From positions 2,317-66,316 of the forward strand of contig JAFGWC010000002.1 of assembly GCA_016937695.1 (NCBI GenBank): DNA of 64,000 nucleotides, in the 5' to 3' direction. This DNA comes from Bacteroidales bacterium (GTDB lineage: Bacteria; Bacteroidota; Bacteroidia; Bacteroidales; NBLH01). A program made the translations under genes and the position numbers. Below the pieces are notes generated by a model that was not told the DNA's origin, did not search any database, and was given only the letters and a program-made list of their open reading frames with translations. How positions within the stretch are numbered: position 1 is the stretch's first letter; every line of letters starts with the position of its first letter. Below, one piece after another: positions 40,211 to 50,614 of this stretch.

Positions 40211-40423
40211 GTTTATTTCCGTAACTATCTCTTTATAAATCCAACCTTCAAAATCCATAATTATCTCATAATCATACCTTTTCGATAAAAAATCATCAAA
40301 ACTAATTTTTGTTATATTAGGATTTTTACCAGAATCGAAATAATCTTTAAGCAAAACATAATCATCTTTTAAAATTAATATTTTGCTAGAATAATTTCCA
40401 ATTTTTTCCCATTTTTTTTCCAT
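40190..40423 (-). CDS. hypothetical small protein (77 aa)
   Basis: ORF track only. Lies 12 nt downstream of the RNase H-like gene on the same strand. Confidence 0.4.
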   Translation of the reverse strand: MEKKWEKIGNYSSKILILKDDYVLLKDYFDSGKNPNITKISFDDFLSKRYDYEIIMDFEGWIYKEIVTEINKIKADN

Positions 40424-40435
40424 AACAAATATCTT

Positions 40436-41227
40436 TCAAGATTTTGCTGCTAATTTTGCGTAATAATCGCATATAGAATTTTCGTAATGCTCGGAATGTG
40501 ATTTAACCCACTCAAATTCAATATATTTACCAATTGTTAATAAATCAAATTTTTTCCAATAGTCTATATTTTTCACTTTTTCACCTTGTGCTGTATGCCA
40601 ATCGTTCAATTTCCAATTAAATATCCATTCGGTTAAGCCTTTTATTATATATCTGCTATCAGAAATTATTCTAATTTTTTCTTTATCTTTTGAAATTTCT
40701 AATGCCTTAATTACTGCCATTAATTCTATTAAACTACTACTTTTTTCATCAGTTTTGCCATAAAAAAGATTTAATTTTTGATTACTATTTTTTGTAATTG
40801 CCACATATGAACTTTTCCCGTACTTTTCAAGATAGCAGCCATCTGTATAAACCTTAAAAATTTCTTTTTCGGTTCTATTTATAACATAAGTTTCATATTT
40901 TTCTTCTCGCCTATCAAGTACAATTATTTTTGATAAATCATTAAACTCAATGGTTTTGGCGTTATCTCTAATTACAAATTTTAATTTAAAACCCTTAAAA
41001 AATGTATCTTCACGCTTATTATTTAATATTTTTTTTAGCTGATATTTGTTTTCTTCAAGTTTCTTGTCGATATTTTTATTATCTAAAAAACTAAGCTTTT
41101 TTTGTTTTTGCTGATATTTTAAAATTGTGTATTCATCTTTATCTTTGATTTTTATTGTACACGTATAATCCTCAATATCAACAATTTCCATTTCATACAC
41201 AATATAATTTTCAGTATTATTATCCAT
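40436..41227 (-). CDS. RNase HI-domain protein with an unrecognised ~125-aa N-terminal extension
   Basis: C-terminal 135 aa: VYTDGC (Asp1), ELMAVIKALE (Glu), IISDSRYII (Asp2), NWKLNDWHTAQGEKVKNIDYW, WVKSHSEHYENSICDYYAK (His/Asp). The N-terminal 125 aa have no motif I recognise. Confidence 0.7.
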   Translation of the reverse strand: MDNNTENYIVYEMEIVDIEDYTCTIKIKDKDEYTILKYQQKQKKLSFLDNKNIDKKLEENKYQLKKILNNKREDTFFKGFKLKFVIRDNAKTIEFNDLSKIIVLDRREEKYETYVINRTEKEIFKVYTDGCYLEKYGKSSYVAITKNSNQKLNLFYGKTDEKSSSLIELMAVIKALEISKDKEKIRIISDSRYIIKGLTEWIFNWKLNDWHTAQGEKVKNIDYWKKFDLLTIGKYIEFEWVKSHSEHYENSICDYYAKLAAKS

Positions 41228-41252
41228 AATAAAAAAACAATATTTTTTAGAT

Positions 41253-42365
41253 TTACTCTATTTGAATATTATAAATTCCCTTAGTTAATATCTTGTTATA
41301 CTGAATTTTATCTATAAGCTCAACTAAATTATTACTTTTTCGACCAATTTTTACATTTATTTTCTTGAAATAGAAATTTTCAGGCGTTTCTTTTTCAAAA
41401 ATTAAAATATACTTATCATTTTCTGATTTTAAAACTGCAGTTTCTGGAACAGATAAAACCGAATCTACAGCAATGCAAATTTCACCTTCAACAAATTGAT
41501 TACTTACAAAATTAGATTTTGAATTTGTTATTTCGGCAAAGCACTCAATTGATTTTGTTGTATTGCTGATAATTTTACCTACAGAGCTTATTTTTGCCAA
41601 ATATTTTTCAGCTTTATTTCCTGTAGAATAGAATTCTACATTTTGCCCAATTTTCACTTTACTTATTTCTTTTTCAAAAACAGAAACTATTAACTGAAAA
41701 GACTGAATATCAATAACTTCTGCAATATTTTGTTGTGGTTCAATATATTGTCCAATATTTACAAATATATTTGCAACATAACCATTTATAGGTGATTTTT
41801 GAAAAAAAGAAGAATAAAATTCTCCTCTTTCAATTTTTGAAACATCAAGGCCAATATTTTCAAGTTTAAGTTTTAACGCACTAAATTTTGCTTTTTCTGC
41901 ATTATAAGCACTTTCGGCAAGAATATAATCTTTTGTGGTTCCAATATTTTCATTCTTCAATTCTTTTGCTCTTTCATAATCAGTTTTTAATCGGTTAATA
42001 ATTGCAGCCGATTCAGCAAAATCTTTTTGCATATCAATAAACTCATTACCAGACACTTCAAACATTATAGTACCTTTATTTACAATTTGTCCTGGTTTAA
42101 AATATATTTTGCTAACTAATCCTGAAAAAGGCAAGCTGATTTGTGCTAGTCCATATGCTGAAGGAGCTATTGTTCCTGTAAAATGCAATAAATCAGAGAA
42201 TTGCGATAATACAGGCTCGCCAAACTCCATATTTTCTGATTCAAATTGAGCTTTTGTTATTTCAATTAACTCTGTATCAACCATTTCTGTTTCGTCCATT
42301 TTGTTTTTGCACGAAAAAAATACTACGCTTAAAATAAATATTATAATAAATATATTCGATTTCAT
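41253..42365 (-). CDS. efflux RND periplasmic adaptor (membrane fusion protein)
   Basis: Lipoprotein signal (..VFFSC), coiled-coil hairpin region and beta-barrel segments typical of HlyD/CzcB-like adaptors. Immediately downstream of the RND pump. Confidence 0.75.
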   Translation of the reverse strand: MKSNIFIIIFILSVVFFSCKNKMDETEMVDTELIEITKAQFESENMEFGEPVLSQFSDLLHFTGTIAPSAYGLAQISLPFSGLVSKIYFKPGQIVNKGTIMFEVSGNEFIDMQKDFAESAAIINRLKTDYERAKELKNENIGTTKDYILAESAYNAEKAKFSALKLKLENIGLDVSKIERGEFYSSFFQKSPINGYVANIFVNIGQYIEPQQNIAEVIDIQSFQLIVSVFEKEISKVKIGQNVEFYSTGNKAEKYLAKISSVGKIISNTTKSIECFAEITNSKSNFVSNQFVEGEICIAVDSVLSVPETAVLKSENDKYILIFEKETPENFYFKKINVKIGRKSNNLVELIDKIQYNKILTKGIYNIQIE

Positions 42366-42376
42366 AATTTTATGGT

Positions 42377-45300
42377 TTATTTTGAAAAATAATTTATTTC
42401 TGATGTATACATATTATAATTTAATATGTTTTCAAAGTAATCTAATTTAATTTGAATTGCTGTTTCGTAACTGTTTACAAACTGATAAAAACTGATTTCA
42501 CCTAATTTATATGATTTTAATGAAGTTCGTAATATTTCATCACATAAATATTCTCCTGATAAATTATAATTATCTAACAAAATCTTGTATTTAATTTGTT
42601 CATCAATTAATTCTTCTATTCTATTTTTAATCAAACTTTTTTCATTTTCTGATTTTAGATTTTGAATATTGCTCGAAATTTTAGCTGCTTTTATTTTTGA
42701 TTTGCTGCTTCCGTAAAACAAAGGTAAAGCTATTCCTACTTGAAAACCGTGATAATATTTTGAATTTTGATAACTATTAGTTCCAATAAAATAGTTTACA
42801 AAAAAATCAGGAAGAACTTTTCTTTTTTCGATTTTAATAATTGAGTTATAATACTCATTTTCAAGACTTAACAGTTGAAAAACCGGAAGAGAATCTGAAG
42901 TGTCGATATTATTTGCTATTTCAATATTGGTAGAAATTTTAAAATCTGTTTCAGAATTCATTAAAAGCTTTAGCCTTTTATATGCACTTTCTATATCAAT
43001 ATTCAATGCTTTTAATGAAATAGAAACCTGATTTTTTTTTGCTTTTATATTTAAAACTTCTAAAGAGCCTAAATCGCCTTTTTCGGCTCTTTTTTCAGAA
43101 TAATTCATTAATTCAGTATAAAGACTATCTGTTTTTTTATATAATTCTGCTTTATTTAAAAGTATTTGATAGTTGAAATATGCAGCAGAAATATTTTTCA
43201 AAAGTTCATTTTTTTGAATATCAAAATTTGTTTCTGCAATATTAACTTCAATTTGCTTTGATTTTTTTTCGGCAGAATAAAGCGAAGGAAAACTAAAACT
43301 TTGCTCAACTCCAAAAACGTTTAACGGAAATCCATTTTCAGCAACATTATTTTGATCTGTTCCAAAACTAAAAATTGTTTTTTCAGGAGAAAAAGCAGTT
43401 TTCTTTAACATATTGCTTTCTTCAATTTTTAAAGAATAAGCTTCAATTCCCTTATTTTTCTCTAAAGCAATTGCAATTATTTCATCTAATTTAAGTTCTT
43501 TAGTTTGCCCAAAAGATGAAATAGAAGGTAAAATAAGGAAAAGCGTTACTATAAGACTCGTTGATTTAAAAAAAGGCAAAAATTTAATCTTTTTTACATT
43601 ATAAAAAATCTCATAGAGTAATGGTAATGCAATCATTGTCAGCATTGTAGATGTAACTAAACCACCAATAACTACAGTTGCAAGTGGCCTTTGTACTTCT
43701 GCGCCTGCTCCTGAAGAAATTGCCATTGGTAAAAAGCCCATAGCTGCTGCTCCGGCAGTCAACATAACCGGACGAAGTCTGTTTTTAGTTCCGGTCATAA
43801 TTAATTCACGCATATCTGTCATTCCTTGATGTTGCAATTCTTTTAAATGCTCAATTAGCACAATTCCGTTTAAAACGGCTATACCAAAAAGTGCAATAAA
43901 TCCTACACCTGCAGAAACACTAAACGGCATTCCGCGCGCCCATAAAAATAAAACGCCACCAACAGTTGCTAAAGGAATTGCCGTAAAAATCATAATTGCA
44001 TCTTTTAACGATTTGAAAGCAAAATGCAAGAATATGAATATCAACAACATAGCTACAGGAACTGCAAGCATTAACCGATCTGTTGCATTTTGCAAATTCT
44101 CAAACTGTCCGCCGTATTCAATATAATTTCCAGGTGTTAATTTTATATTTTCATCAATTCTTTGCTGAATATCCTGAATTACCGATTGTAAATCGCGGTT
44201 AAGTACATTTACACTAACAACAACTCTTCTATGAGTATTATCACGCGAAATTTTCGCAGGCCCTTCAGTATATTGAATATCAGCAAGTTCTGACAATGGA
44301 ACTTGAGTTCCTGATGAAACAGGAACATTGAGTTGACGAATATCTTCAATATCAGTACGGTTTTGATTATTAAATCGAAGTACCATATCAAATCGTTTTT
44401 CACCTTCAAAAACTACACCTGTAATTTTTCCGCCAAAAGCAGCTGCTAAATATGTGTTTAAATTATTTATATCAACGCCGTAATAAGCTATTTTACTCCT
44501 ATTATAGCTAACTCTTATTTGAGGTAATCCTGATGTTTTTTCTAAAATAATATCGCTTGCCCCAGGAATATCTGAAATTATTTTTTTTACTTCAAAAGCC
44601 TTTTTGTTTACATAATCAAGGTCTTCGCCAAATATTTTAATTGCAATATCTGAACGCACTCCTGTAATTAATTCATTAAACCGCATTTCTATTGGCTGAG
44701 TAAATTCATATTCGATACCCGGAATTACAGAAAGTGCCTCTTTAAACTTATCTGCAAGTTCATCTTTACTTTTAACAGCTTTCCATTTATCTTTTGGTTT
44801 TAATTTTATAATCATATCTATTTCTTCCATAGACATAGGATCTGTTGGTACTTCAGCTGCTCCAATTCTAGAAACAATCTGTTCTACTTCATTTGGAAAT
44901 TCTTTTATAAGGATATTTTCCATTTGTGTGGTCATTTCCACTGTTTTAGAGAGCGATGTTCCTGTTTTTAGAACCGGTTGTATAACAAAATCACCTTCAT
45001 CAAGTGTTGGAACAAATTCACCTCCCATTTTCATAAACAGAAATCCGGTAAGTAATAATGAAATAATAGCTGCACCCAGCACTATGCGTTTATGATTGCA
45101 TGACCATTTTATTACCGGCGAATAAGATTTATATGCCATATCCATTATCCAATCAGAAATATTTCTTTTTTTAGTTTTTCCTGGTTTCAAGAAAATAGAT
45201 GAAGCAACAGGCAACCAAGTTAAACCCATTATCATAGCTCCAATAATTGCAAAAGAGAAAGATAATGCCATTGGACGAAACATTTTACCTTCTACTCCAC

Positions 45301-46711
45301 TTAACGATAATATTGGAATAAATACAATAAGAATAATTACTTGACCAAAAATTGCAGATTTCATCATTTTTGAAGCACCTTCGAAAGAAATCTTATCCAT
45401 AATTGTTTGACGCTCAACACCTTTGCTTTCCAGTATTTTATTTTTTTCTACAGTAAGTTTTATTGCAATAAATTCAACAATAATTACTGCACCATCAATG
45501 ATAATACCAAAATCCAGTGCGCCTAAACTCATTAAATTAGCATCAATTCCAAAAATATACATCATACTAATTGTAAAAAGTAGTGCTAATGGAATCATTG
45601 ATGCAATTACTAAAGCAGAACGTACATTTCCTAAAAGTAAAATTACAGTAAGCATAACTATTATAGCGCCAAGAATAAGATTCTCTGACACAGTAAAAGA
45701 TGTTTTAGAAATTAGTTCGCTTCTTTCTAAAATTGGATTGATGAAGATTCCTTCGGGAAGATTTTTTTGAATTTCAGCAACACGCTTTGTTACTTCATTA
45801 ATTACATCTTTTGAATTAGCATTTTTCAACATCATTATTTGGCCAAGTACGGTTTCTCCTTTCCCATTAGCGGTTATGGCACCAAATCGGTTTGCATATC
45901 CGAATTGTACTTTGGCTACATCTTTTATCAAAATTGGCTTTCCTGAATTATTTTTAATCACAATTGATTCAATATCTTCTAAAGATTTAACTTGTCCGTC
46001 TCCTCTTATAAAATAACTTTGATTTGTTTTTTCAATGTATGAACCACCTGAAATACTGTTGTTTTTTTCAAGAGCATCAAATACTTCCATTAAATCAACA
46101 TCTAAACTTTTCAGAAATGACGGATTTACAGCTACTTCATATTGTTTTAAATATCCGCCCCAACTATTAATTTCAACAACGCCGTTAATGCCAGATAATC
46201 TTCTTTTTATAACCCAATCTTGAATTGTTCTTAAATCCATTGGCGAATATTTCTCTTCATATCCCGGTTTTATATCGACAATGTATTGATAAATTTCGCC
46301 TAGACCTGTTGTAATTGGTCCCATTTCCGGAGAACCATATTCTTCAGGTATAGTAGCAGCTGCACTTTTAATTTTTTCTGCTATTAATTGTCGTGGCAAA
46401 TAAGTGCCCATACTTTCTTTAAAAACTACGGTAACAACGGAAATACCAAATTTAGAAATCGACCTAATTTCTTCAACACCCGGTAAATTTGCCATTTCCA
46501 TTTCTACAGGTGCTGTAATAAATTGTTCAATTTCTTGTGTAGATAAATTGCCTGAAGTGGTTATAACTTGCACCTGATTATTTGTAATATCCGGAACTGC
46601 ACCAACCGGAATTTGCAAAACTGCATACAGCCCATAAGCCGCCACAGTTAAGGTAAACAATATAACTATCAGTTTATTTTTTACGCTAAAATCAATAATT
46701 TTTTCTAACAT
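42377..46711 (-). CDS. CusA/CzcA-type heavy-metal RND efflux permease fused in frame to a TolC-like outer-membrane factor (1444 aa)
   Basis: Residues 1-1038 are colinear with CzcA/CusA (12 TM, two large periplasmic loops). Residue 1039 onward begins with a signal-peptide-like VKKIKFLPFFKSTSLIVTLFLILPSISSFGQ, followed by about 375 aa of OMF-type coiled-coil/barrel repeats. Confidence 0.8.
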   Translation of the reverse strand: MLEKIIDFSVKNKLIVILFTLTVAAYGLYAVLQIPVGAVPDITNNQVQVITTSGNLSTQEIEQFITAPVEMEMANLPGVEEIRSISKFGISVVTVVFKESMGTYLPRQLIAEKIKSAAATIPEEYGSPEMGPITTGLGEIYQYIVDIKPGYEEKYSPMDLRTIQDWVIKRRLSGINGVVEINSWGGYLKQYEVAVNPSFLKSLDVDLMEVFDALEKNNSISGGSYIEKTNQSYFIRGDGQVKSLEDIESIVIKNNSGKPILIKDVAKVQFGYANRFGAITANGKGETVLGQIMMLKNANSKDVINEVTKRVAEIQKNLPEGIFINPILERSELISKTSFTVSENLILGAIIVMLTVILLLGNVRSALVIASMIPLALLFTISMMYIFGIDANLMSLGALDFGIIIDGAVIIVEFIAIKLTVEKNKILESKGVERQTIMDKISFEGASKMMKSAIFGQVIILIVFIPILSLSGVEGKMFRPMALSFSFAIIGAMIMGLTWLPVASSIFLKPGKTKKRNISDWIMDMAYKSYSPVIKWSCNHKRIVLGAAIISLLLTGFLFMKMGGEFVPTLDEGDFVIQPVLKTGTSLSKTVEMTTQMENILIKEFPNEVEQIVSRIGAAEVPTDPMSMEEIDMIIKLKPKDKWKAVKSKDELADKFKEALSVIPGIEYEFTQPIEMRFNELITGVRSDIAIKIFGEDLDYVNKKAFEVKKIISDIPGASDIILEKTSGLPQIRVSYNRSKIAYYGVDINNLNTYLAAAFGGKITGVVFEGEKRFDMVLRFNNQNRTDIEDIRQLNVPVSSGTQVPLSELADIQYTEGPAKISRDNTHRRVVVSVNVLNRDLQSVIQDIQQRIDENIKLTPGNYIEYGGQFENLQNATDRLMLAVPVAMLLIFIFLHFAFKSLKDAIMIFTAIPLATVGGVLFLWARGMPFSVSAGVGFIALFGIAVLNGIVLIEHLKELQHQGMTDMRELIMTGTKNRLRPVMLTAGAAAMGFLPMAISSGAGAEVQRPLATVVIGGLVTSTMLTMIALPLLYEIFYNVKKIKFLPFFKSTSLIVTLFLILPSISSFGQTKELKLDEIIAIALEKNKGIEAYSLKIEESNMLKKTAFSPEKTIFSFGTDQNNVAENGFPLNVFGVEQSFSFPSLYSAEKKSKQIEVNIAETNFDIQKNELLKNISAAYFNYQILLNKAELYKKTDSLYTELMNYSEKRAEKGDLGSLEVLNIKAKKNQVSISLKALNIDIESAYKRLKLLMNSETDFKISTNIEIANNIDTSDSLPVFQLLSLENEYYNSIIKIEKRKVLPDFFVNYFIGTNSYQNSKYYHGFQVGIALPLFYGSSKSKIKAAKISSNIQNLKSENEKSLIKNRIEELIDEQIKYKILLDNYNLSGEYLCDEILRTSLKSYKLGEISFYQFVNSYETAIQIKLDYFENILNYNMYTSEINYFSK

Positions 46712-46811
46712 TATTTTATTATTCTGTATTTATAAATTATATCTTAAAAGTAAAGGAATTTTTACTGTATTAGTTACAAAATTTGGTAATTCTGTAATGA
46801 AATAGCACTCA

Positions 46812-47702
46812 TCATGCATAAAGCAAAATCAATATCCCAAATATAAGCAAAATCATTCCAATAATTTCTATTTTACTAATATTTTCTTTAAAGTATTTAA
46901 TTGTAATTATTAAGCTAATAATAAATTCCAATTGTCCGAAAGTTCTTACGTAAGCCAAACTTGTAAGAGAGAATGCAAAAAACCAGAAAAAAGAACCAAG
47001 CGATGAAAAAACGCCTATTAAGATAGGCACTTTAGGATTTTTCAAAATAAATTTTAAATCATTTCTTCTTTTAAAAATCATATAAGGAAGCATAAAAACT
47101 ATTTGAATACTTAAAGAAATAATTAATACAATTATTGATTTATTTACATTAGAGTTTGTTTCGATAAAATTGTAAGAAAGTTTAATTGATACAACTGCAA
47201 TTGCAAATAGAAGTCCTGTTAATAGGCCAATATATGTACTTTTTTGATTTAATGATTTTAAAATGTTTTTAGCTTCAAATTTTGATAATGATGCTGTCAT
47301 TATTCCGATAAAAGAAACGATAATACCAATAATTGCAAGAAAAGATATTTTTTCAGAAAGAATAAAGAATCCTAATATTGCAACAAAAATTGTTTCTGTT
47401 TTTGCATAGCTTAATGAAATAGCAAAATTTTTAAATTTAAACAAACTAACTAACAAACCTGTAGCCACTAATTGCATTGAAGCAAAAACAAAAACCCATA
47501 TATAAAATTCGGAAGAAACTACGTGTATTGTTAAACCATTTAAAACAATAAAAACCAGCGCAATAAGACCAATTGGGAATCCGAAAAAAAATCGTGTAAA
47601 GCTTACAGAATCTGCTCTAACTTGCGAATATAGCTTTTTTGAAAAAAAATTTCGCATAGATTGTGTGCTAAACGCTAAAAAAGTTATAAAAACCCAAAGC
47701 AT
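46812..47702 (-). CDS. EamA/DMT-family transporter (10 TM)
   Basis: 296 aa with two 5-TM EamA-like halves. Confidence 0.6.
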   Translation of the reverse strand: MLWVFITFLAFSTQSMRNFFSKKLYSQVRADSVSFTRFFFGFPIGLIALVFIVLNGLTIHVVSSEFYIWVFVFASMQLVATGLLVSLFKFKNFAISLSYAKTETIFVAILGFFILSEKISFLAIIGIIVSFIGIMTASLSKFEAKNILKSLNQKSTYIGLLTGLLFAIAVVSIKLSYNFIETNSNVNKSIIVLIISLSIQIVFMLPYMIFKRRNDLKFILKNPKVPILIGVFSSLGSFFWFFAFSLTSLAYVRTFGQLEFIISLIITIKYFKENISKIEIIGMILLIFGILILLYA

Positions 47703-47748
47703 ATGATTTCTACTTTAAAGTTATGCATTTTTAATATTGCTATATCTA

Positions 47749-48318
47749 TTATTTTCTGTACTTTTTCACATAAGGCATTGTAGGCCAAAGTATTGGCGCA
47801 GCAAAAATAAAAAATACAAATTCAAAAATAACATTGCTGTTTTTTGCCTTTTTACCATCTAATCTGCTTAAAAATGCATCAAAAGTATTGCCCGATAAAT
47901 TACCAAAATATATTGCTCTTATATATAATATTATTTCTTTAGCTGTTTTTTCTCCATAAAAGTTAATTAAACTTTCTTGCATTTCTTTATCAACTTTTCT
48001 GTTTGTTTCGGCGTAATGTTGTGCATATAATAACGCAACAGTCTCATATTCTGATGTTTGCAAATTAAATTGCAAATTCAAAAGCTTGTTTACTTCTTCT
48101 CTTTCAATTCCACTTTTTAATGCCATTTTTGCATGAAACCATGCACAATAAACACATCCGTTAACGGCTGTTGTTACTAACATTATTTTTTCGATAAATG
48201 CTTTAGTTATTTTGCCTGATTTTTTTGCTTTGTAAAAATTAAATACATTAAAAATAAGCCAAGCTAAATCTTTAAGTAGAGGAATTAATGTATATATTTT
48301 TCTATCGAAATATTGCAT
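47749..48318 (-). CDS. carboxymuconolactone decarboxylase (AhpD-like) family protein
   Basis: TTAVNGCVYCAWFH: CxxC in the AhpD/CMD context. Confidence 0.65.
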   Translation of the reverse strand: MQYFDRKIYTLIPLLKDLAWLIFNVFNFYKAKKSGKITKAFIEKIMLVTTAVNGCVYCAWFHAKMALKSGIEREEVNKLLNLQFNLQTSEYETVALLYAQHYAETNRKVDKEMQESLINFYGEKTAKEIILYIRAIYFGNLSGNTFDAFLSRLDGKKAKNSNVIFEFVFFIFAAPILWPTMPYVKKYRK

Positions 48319-48364
48319 TTATTAATTTATAAATTCAAAGATTAAATAATTCATTTATAGCAAT

Positions 48365-49264
48365 TTACAATATTCTTTTAAATGAAATAAGAGCCAATAA
48401 ATATACTATTACCACTATACTCATTATAGTAGCCGGAATTGCAGCGTCAACACCAAATGTATCTATTGATGTAACAACGGCAAAACCTGAACTCTTTATT
48501 GCAAAAAGCAATTTTTTGCTTAATATATCTTCTTGATTATTAGATTTTTGAAGAATAAGTCCAATGATTTTTCCTATTCCAAACATTATTGCAACAAAAG
48601 CAAAAAATATTGAAATCAATAATAAATAATTTTTATAAAAAACTTCGCTGTTTAATCCAACAGAAGTATAGATTATTAATGCAAAACCAATATCTATTAA
48701 TCGGCCTCTGTTATTAATTGTAATTTCTTTTATCTTTTTAAGTAGCAAAAAACGCGACAGAAATAAAGGAATTATTATCAGCAAAGTCATTGTTTTAAAA
48801 ATACGAAATGGACTCACATCAGTACTTCCAATAAAAAAATATATCAGAAAAGGCGCCAAAATAATTGAAGCTAAAAAAGCTCCAAAAGTTCCAAAAATTG
48901 AATAATCCAAATTCCCTTTTAATTTATATGTAAATGGAATTATTGCAACTCCGGGGGGCGTTGCTGCAATTACTATAAATCCGTAAAAAAGGTTTATGTT
49001 AAATTTATATATGTAAGCAACAATAATTATAAAAACTCCATAAATTATATGATTTAATAAAATCCCCACAAGCATAGGTTTTATTACTTTTTTTAGTGGA
49101 AATAATGCTTTTAATGAAATTGCAGATAAGGAAACAGTCATTACTATTCCTAAAATTAAAATTATGTATTCCTTTAAAAATTGAGAATATCTTGGAAATA
49201 AAATCCCAATAAATATTGCTAATACTAATAAAATATTCCTATTTAAAAGTACTTTTTTTATCAT
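48365..49264 (-). CDS. polytopic permease, BASS/AEC-like fold
   Basis: 299 aa, 9-10 TM. IAATPPGVAIIPF resembles the crossover-helix motif of bile acid:Na+ symporter-like carriers. Confidence 0.4.
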   Translation of the reverse strand: MIKKVLLNRNILLVLAIFIGILFPRYSQFLKEYIILILGIVMTVSLSAISLKALFPLKKVIKPMLVGILLNHIIYGVFIIIVAYIYKFNINLFYGFIVIAATPPGVAIIPFTYKLKGNLDYSIFGTFGAFLASIILAPFLIYFFIGSTDVSPFRIFKTMTLLIIIPLFLSRFLLLKKIKEITINNRGRLIDIGFALIIYTSVGLNSEVFYKNYLLLISIFFAFVAIMFGIGKIIGLILQKSNNQEDILSKKLLFAIKSSGFAVVTSIDTFGVDAAIPATIMSIVVIVYLLALISFKRIL

Positions 49265-49362
49265 ATCTTATTAAGAGATTTCATCAATTATTTTAGCTAT
49301 AATAAAATTAAAGCCCTGTATATCAGAGCTTTAATTAGATTAATTATATTTCAATAAAAATA

Positions 49363-50169
49363 TTAGAATTTTTCCACATGGATTTGTCCTGGTGATTTTT
49401 TTGAATGCTCAGTAAAACCTTCTTTACCAAGGGAATCAATCATTGTATTAATCATATTAGGATTTCCACAAATAAAAATATTTGAATTTTCAGGTGTTGG
49501 TTTATAACCCGATACTTTTTCAATAATTCCATCAGCCCAAAGATCTTGTATAAATTGTGTGTATCCCGACCATTTTGTTGGTTCTTTATCAGGCTCAATT
49601 ATGGTTGGAATATACTTAAGTTTATCGGTAATAGATTCAAGTAAAGTTAATTCAGAACGATAACCTAAATCCCAAGAATTTGAAGCACCATGAATTACAG
49701 TAATTTTCCTGTTTTTTGATAAGGCATCAGATCTAAGCATACTCATATAGGGTGCTACACCTGTTCCGGTTGCAATTAATATAACATTCTTATCTTCAGG
49801 AACTTCGTTAAGAGTAAACATTCCAACAAATTTTGAACCCATACCGATTCTATCACCAATTTTTAAATCGAATAATCGTGGAGTTAAAGATCCTGAACGA
49901 ACTAATGTTATGTAAAACTCTATAAATTCTTTATTTTTTGATGATGATGCTATAGAATATGCTCTTTTTATTAATTTATCTGGTTCAGATTCTTTGAATT
50001 CATCAGTTGAATCAACACTTCGCGTTGCCGATCCCGGTAAATATAATGCAACAAATTGTCCTGCTTCAAAGTCAGGTAATTCCCATCCATCAGGAACTAC
50101 TCTAAAAATTTTCATGCTAGGAGAAACTTGAACAACTTGAGATATAAAACAATTTAATTCATTTTTCAT
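49363..50169 (-). CDS. ferredoxin/flavodoxin--NADP+ reductase-type flavoprotein (FNR family)
   Basis: RAYSIASS (FAD-binding RxYS), GTGVAPYMSM (NADP-binding GTG.AP) and a C-terminal aromatic ...HVEKF. Confidence 0.8.
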   Translation of the reverse strand: MKNELNCFISQVVQVSPSMKIFRVVPDGWELPDFEAGQFVALYLPGSATRSVDSTDEFKESEPDKLIKRAYSIASSSKNKEFIEFYITLVRSGSLTPRLFDLKIGDRIGMGSKFVGMFTLNEVPEDKNVILIATGTGVAPYMSMLRSDALSKNRKITVIHGASNSWDLGYRSELTLLESITDKLKYIPTIIEPDKEPTKWSGYTQFIQDLWADGIIEKVSGYKPTPENSNIFICGNPNMINTMIDSLGKEGFTEHSKKSPGQIHVEKF

Positions 50170-50233
50170 TTTAACAATTTTTCTATTTTTAATGTGATAT
50201 AATAATCTGTTTATCTATTACTTATTATTTTTT

Positions 50234-50364
50234 ATCGCTATAGTTTAGATTTTCTGTGATATTTTAAATATCTATATTACTTATTTTTTGCAAATAATTA
50301 GTATACTGCTAATTAAGAATATTAGAAGTTCTCCTTTTTAATTACCAATTACTAATTTCTAATG
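50234..50364. repeat. intergenic repeat element, copy B (~130 bp)
   Basis: Colinear with 18788-18920 (see copy A). Lies between the rubredoxin stop (50429) and the FNR start (50169). Confidence 0.75.
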
Positions 50365-50428
50365 ACCTGATAATTAATGCAAAACAAATAATATTAGTAA
50401 TCACAGCTATTTTAAACCAAAGACTATT

Positions 50429-50593
50429 TTATTCTTCCAATAATTCAAAATCTTCTTTTCCTACACCACAAACCGGACAAGACCAATCATCTGGTATATC
50501 TTCGAAAGCTGTTCCCGGTTCAATTCCGCCATCAGGATCTCCTAATGCAGGATCGTAAACCCAATCGCAAGCTGTGCATACATATTTTTTCAT
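50429..50593 (-). CDS. rubredoxin (54 aa)
   Basis: [15 protein letters not shown]...[15 protein letters not shown]: two CxxC pairs. Start moved to the internal ATG (rc of 50591-50593), giving the canonical length. Confidence 0.92.
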   Translation of the reverse strand: MKKYVCTACDWVYDPALGDPDGGIEPGTAFEDIPDDWSCPVCGVGKEDFELLEE

Positions 50594-50614
50594 ATTCAAA
50601 AAATTTAAATTCAA

